DNA of 63,969 nucleotides, filler included, from Neoconidiobolus thromboides FSU 785 (Eukaryota; Fungi; Entomophthoromycota): NCBI GenBank assembly GCA_025603075.1. It is 10 parts of 10 records of this genome, joined end to end, with 100 filler letters (N's around TTAATTAATTAA, not from the genome) between each part and the next. Parts side by side here need not be neighbours in the genome. Positions count along the whole stretch, not along the records: positions 59,409 to 63,969 come from MU626777.1; 9 more parts are not named here. One strand, 5' to 3'. Shown piece by piece: positions 59,309 to 63,969 of this stretch (position 1 is its first letter; each line of letters starts with the position of its first letter). The notes under the pieces were generated by a model. It saw only the letters and a program-made list of their open reading frames with translations, ran no database searches and was not told where the DNA came from. The position numbers and the translations under genes were made by a program.

Positions 59309-59408
59309 NNNNNNNNNNNNNNNNNNNNNNNNNNNNNNNNNNNNNNNNNNNNTTAATTAATTAANNNNNNNNNNNNNNNNNNNNNNNNNNNNNNNNNNNN
59401 NNNNNNNN

Positions 59409-59742
59409 ATTCTGAAGGACATTACCTCCCTGTTTTGATATCCATACTTGTTGGAGTATAAAAGAGATTCTAGAACATAGTAACTTGTGGCTTTTCAACT
59501 GAGTTATTCCTTGATATATCATACATTCAATAAAGCCACTAAGTTTACTTAATAGTGTTTTATGTAGATTTTACATTACTATTGTCTATTCTATTTGTCT
59601 TACATAGTCTGTAACATATTACTTGCTATTCTTCACAATTCAAGTATATCTTAATCACATAAACTAAGGCCTTTCAACTTACAGTATAGTCAACCAAGTA
59701 ATAGCTGTTTTTGACTCCAATCACTAAGTACCAGATCTCACG
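59409..59742 (+). mobile_element. LTR-like repeat; 5' end lost in a gap
   Basis: Aligns with 63730-63969 and 44910-45006; contains TATAAAA and AATAAA; ends ATCTCACG. Confidence 0.6.
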
Positions 59743-60948
59743 CTATATATTAAACATCCTAATCAAAGTTATTAACTAATTTTTATATCTGGGACAGGAT
59801 ACTATATTAAAAGTTATTATATAATTAAAGAAGCGATTTCTACTTATAAAATTTCATGCAAATTTTTAAAATGAATATATTTCTGATATTTAATGCAAAA
59901 TATTTACCAAACCGTGTCAGAACAATTTAAAAACCTCCATTTTCCTATTTTAGTTGTAAATTGAACAATCGGATTCAACCATTTGATTGGCTGGATTGAA
60001 TTTTGTAGTGAAAGTGGCAAAAAAAATGCCACAATTTTAGTAGTTTCCCAAAAAAAAAAGTAATCTTTCTTAACTACTTTATATTAGGAAATGAACATTC
60101 AAAGTGAGTGCTTTGATTTTTAAGATAATTTATATTAGCACTTTACAAGATGTCAAAAATGGATTTAAGTTACAAACATTTGAGAAATTGTTCAATTTAC
60201 AACTCTATATAAGTCAAGTTAAGCCCAATGTGTGTTTATCTCAGCTTTGATGTTTGTAAATGTTCCAATTAGAACAAAAATACGGTGCTGGATAAATTAG
60301 TTACATGTTCCAATTTTTATAATATAAACTAGAAAGAATAGAAATATTCCAGACGATGGAAGTTAATACATATGATTTATAACGTTAAATTTATATACAT
60401 TAAATTGTGGCACCATGACTCGCTAATGAAAAAGTAACCAAATCAAGCTTCTATCACGGATTTATATCCTTTTAAATTTAAAAAATAACATAAAAACAAA
60501 TCATCTAGCATAAACATATTATGCCGTAAAAATAATATGTAGTTTCTTAATTTTAAAAGATAAAGGTGGTATAAATAGTGCTGCTAAATAGTGTGCTCTT
60601 TTGGTTATTCATCAAAACAAATCTTTGCTTTAAATTTGTATAGTATTATTCATTCGGAGAAGTATCCTTTTAATAGGTTTCAACTTAAAGCCCTAAAATC
60701 TTAAACCAAGCATTTGAGTTTTAAAAATCTGGTGTTTTAATTACTAGATATTATTTAATATATTTACAAAAATACAAAAGCGCAAAGATAACAAAATATA
60801 TGTATATATATGTAATACCAGATTTTTCATTACCTATCTCAACATGTTGATACTACTATGTCATACTTAGGCATTTTGATTTGATCTAAGTTTCAAAGTT
60901 TGTTATGATTGGAATCATCTTTAGTTTTCCTAAATGTTCAAAACAACA

Positions 60949-61047
60949 TGTAATGTTTTTTTGGCTTCATTGTTTTTTCCATCATTTAAGCACTATTTGA
61001 GTGGAAAAATTATTAGCAAAATTCTTAAACACAAAATTACATTCCCA
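60949..61047. mobile_element. MITE family 1 copy
   Basis: Consensus match. Confidence 0.8.
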
Positions 61048-61519
61048 TGTCATAAAATTTATATTATTTACTTGTATTGTATGTATTTTATATACCTTTG
61101 ATATGAGCTGGATGTTGCCTTAAACAATACCTAGTTTTTTTCCACACTGGTATGGGGTCCAATATGGGATTTTATTATTACAAGAGCTATAAGAAGTTTA
61201 TTTCTATTTTTATTTATAAAGATGATTATAAATGCTTAATGAAATATAGTTGTGTGCTATGAGCCTGCTGAAACCGCATTGCTGTTTTAAATTTACTTGC
61301 ATGTTAAAACTTACAAATATATATATATTAAGGGATAAAAAGCTTTAAATTATATTTTTAAAGTAGTATATTGACTTTTAATGAAAAATATGAAAATGAA
61401 ACAGAACAAAATTTTATGCTGGTTAAAAACAGGTTTAATAATTCAAAATACTATATAAAATACTGTGTATAGTTTGTGCTTTAAGAAGTTATCTAATTTA
61501 TCTAATTTCTTAACTAAAG

Positions 61520-62763
61520 ATGAGTGAGGTTTCCAACGCAACGTATGTAATGAAAGAAGTGTTTCCAAAGGTAGCCATAGTTTCTTTATCTTTGGCATGT
61601 GTAGTCGTGGTAGTAATGATTGCATTAAGTAATTTAGTTGTCTTATTTAAATATAATATCTTATTTTAATTGATAGCAATTTATGACCGTAAATTGGTGG
61701 ATAGGGTATCTCTTAGACTACAAACTGTTATCTCATGCTATGATATCTGGGCTCATACTTTTCCATTATGGACTAGAGTATATAACTATAGAGACTCACC
61801 GCTATGTACCTTTATTGCTTATCAATCGTTAGCTTTTCCTTTATTTTATACTTTTCTTAATGTAGCTATTGGGATTAACTTACAGTTGATCTTTATACAT
61901 GGCATTAATATAACTAAAAGAATCGAAGCTGCATATTGGATTGGTTCTATTCTACTTACACTCATAATTACTATACCGCCATTAGGTAGCATATAGAAAT
62001 ACTTTACTTATAAAGTCGTACTAATGAGATGTTTATATAGCTATTGGGGCCCTTGGTTATAGCGACTTTAACTCTTGTTATTTTTCAACAGATGATGAAA
62101 GCTACTCTAGATTGCTTGATTTTTATACTAGCAATTTAGTGATGATTATCAGCATGGGTTATTTGTTAATTATTGTAATTTTAGTTTTAATAAAATTATT
62201 TCAAGGACTCAATTTAATCAAAGAGCATCAAGTAGCTATGGATGCTAGTAATTCAATTGAGATGATAAAAAATATTCAATTATTAGCTTCAAGGATGTAA
62301 GATCAAGTTCATTTTTTATTTAATATATGTTGACTTTTTTTATCTAGCTTATTATACCCAGTAATCATGATTGTTGCTAACTTTGGAAATGTGTTAAGTC
62401 AATCAGCTTATGATCTTGCAAACTTTGACTCTTTGGACTTAAAAGCATTTTCATTTGTTGCTGGTGGCTTACTAGGGACCTTTAACTTTATTGCTTTCTT
62501 TTGTGATCCAACTATACACCAAGCGTTTAAGGTGATATACTTCAGAATTTGGAAGAAACAAAATGAATCAACCAAAACAGGTAGTATAATATTAAATGAC
62601 CAAAAGAATCAACTGACAACTTCTTACTTTAGATTATAATGACGATGTCTTTGATTTAGATGATGTAAAAAATGATAAATTTAAAAAGGATGATGATAAC
62701 TATTATCATGATGTAGAAGGGCGAAATCCTGTTGAATATTCAAAATTTATTAAAACTTTGTAA
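61520..62763 (+). CDS. 7TM receptor (CAR/Git3-like), 5 exons (61520-61628, 61677-61985, 62041-62296, 62348-62580, 62633-62763), 345 aa
   Basis: GT-AG introns of 48, 55, 51 and 52 nt join in frame (1038 nt). Seven hydrophobic segments, DRVSLRL after TM1, Cys at TM3 and ECL2, GTFNFIAFFCDP, ends FIKTL*. Confidence 0.88.
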
Positions 62764-63098
62764 TTCTGAAATTTATAAGAGTTTTTAGTTAACAAGGAAC
62801 TTTCTTTAATTTACAATTTTTATAACATCCAATCCAATTCAGTGAAAAACGTACTCCAGAGAAAATAAGAAATAGATGCCCTTGCATAAAGTTAAATAAT
62901 ATAACTTTTAGGGCTTTTTCTATTAAACAAAAACATCTTTATATTTTATATTTTGTATTTGGTACTTAATTTTTAACATAGCTTTAATATTTTTAGCCCA
63001 AATTTCAATTCTATTAGGATTAGTGATTTTTTTGTTATTCTTGATCAACTGCAATCAAAAATTTTAGCAAATTATAGCTAGATTATATATTGAATATA

Positions 63099-63198
63099 TG
63101 AGGATATATTTTTTCATTTAAGAATTTTATTAGCAGCCTTTCCGCTCAAATAGCGCTCGAAAAATGGAAAAATAATGAAACTAAGAAAAACAGCCTCA
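63099..63198. mobile_element. MITE family 1 copy
   Basis: Consensus match, TA flanks. Confidence 0.82.
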
Positions 63199-63418
63199 TA
63201 CAAACATTATGCTACTATATATTTTTTATTTATTTTTTATTATTTACTTAATACTTTAAAGTTATACAATAAATCAATCTACAGCTTAAGTTAAGACAAT
63301 AAGTTAATTCAAAATTGAGTTGTATAAATTCAAGTTGGTAAACAATTAGAGTAGTATAGTATAAAGTATAAAGTATAAACACATTATCAAAAAAGATATC
63401 AATGGCATTTTAAAAATA

Positions 63419-63521
63419 TGGAAGTGTTTTTTTTGACTTCATCATTTTTTCCACTTTTTAAGCGCTATTTAAGGGGAAAATTTGTTAGTAGAGAGTTCTT
63501 AAACATAAAAATACATCCCCA
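63419..63521. mobile_element. MITE family 1 copy
   Basis: Consensus match, TA flanks. Confidence 0.85.
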
Positions 63522-63553
63522 TATATTAATATAATAGTAAAGTATTTAATATA

Positions 63554-63658
63554 TGGGGATGTCCAAGTTGGTTTTATTTTTTATTCAATTTTTAAATATT
63601 TTATAGAAACTTTGCTTAAAATTCTACAAAAATAAACCCTTTGTCAAAAACTAAAGGT
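63554..63658. mobile_element. Second-family short element, apparently interrupted by the LTR-like repeat
   Basis: Aligns with 48858-48970 up to ...aaaggt, where TGTGAAAT begins. Confidence 0.4.
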
Positions 63659-63969
63659 TGTGAAATATCGCTTTGTCAGTCCCATGGTTAATTATTTTGA
63701 TTTGTTATGAGAATTTCTAGTTCCACCCAAAAGAATATTATCTTCTCATTTTGATATTTATACTTTTCAGAGTATAAAAGAGTTTACAGAGTATAATAGT
63801 TCGAGGCTTTTTAACTGAATTAATCCCTGATATCTCGAACATTTAATAAAGCCATTAAGTTTTCTTAATAGTATTTTACATAGATTTTACATTAGTATTG
63901 TCTATTCTATTTGTCTTATATAGCTTGTAACCTATTACGTGCTATTCCTCATAACCCAAGTCTATCTTA
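63659..63969 (+). mobile_element. LTR-like repeat, 5' part (starts TGTGAAAT); runs off the window
   Basis: Homologous to 59409-59650; its start is the reverse complement of the ATTTCACA end at 45006. Confidence 0.55.

Noticed and set aside
61443-61625. Minus-strand 60-aa ORF (likewise 2486, 7582, 29087, 57971, 58304)
   Set aside because: Shadows of real genes on the other strand or frame
790-63521. Recurrent palindromic repeats as a CRISPR array or REP elements
   Set aside because: Dispersed, both orientations, TA duplications, eukaryotic context, no regular spacers and no cas genes

Overview
Very AT-rich eukaryotic DNA with short (43-55 nt) GT-AG introns. The gene content points to a fungus, and I infer an early-diverging, probably arthropod-associated lineage (Conidiobolus/Neoconidiobolus-like); this cannot be proven from the window. 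Ten contigs are joined by nine artificial 100-nt spacers (44 N + TTAATTAATTAA + 44 N). Intact or near-intact genes: three ER-type UDP-glycosyltransferases interleaved with tRNA-Arg(TCT) and tRNA-Thr(AGT), a Gti1/Pac2 (WOPR) transcription factor, MRPL16, a 4-exon cytochrome P450, BEM1/scd2 and a 5-exon 7TM receptor. Genes truncated at gaps: a 6-Cys small secreted protein, trypsin, three class-3 lipase fragments, a second 7TM receptor, two identical signal-peptide gene starts and a Tc1/IS630-like transposase ORF whose first catalytic Asp is replaced by Gly. Several of these are absent from the ORF track. About 40 copies of a ~100-bp TA-duplicating MITE are present; three sit in an acyl-CoA synthetase pseudogene and one has a matching empty paralogous site. 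Three pieces of a ~400-bp LTR-like repeat also occur. The best candidate for an undescribed system is a tandem family of three tiny secreted prohormone-like precursors (20.4-26.0 kb). Each has a signal peptide and RR/KR sites that would release short R-x-Y peptides; the third carries two GAYRPY-G-RR units, the animal-type amidation signature.
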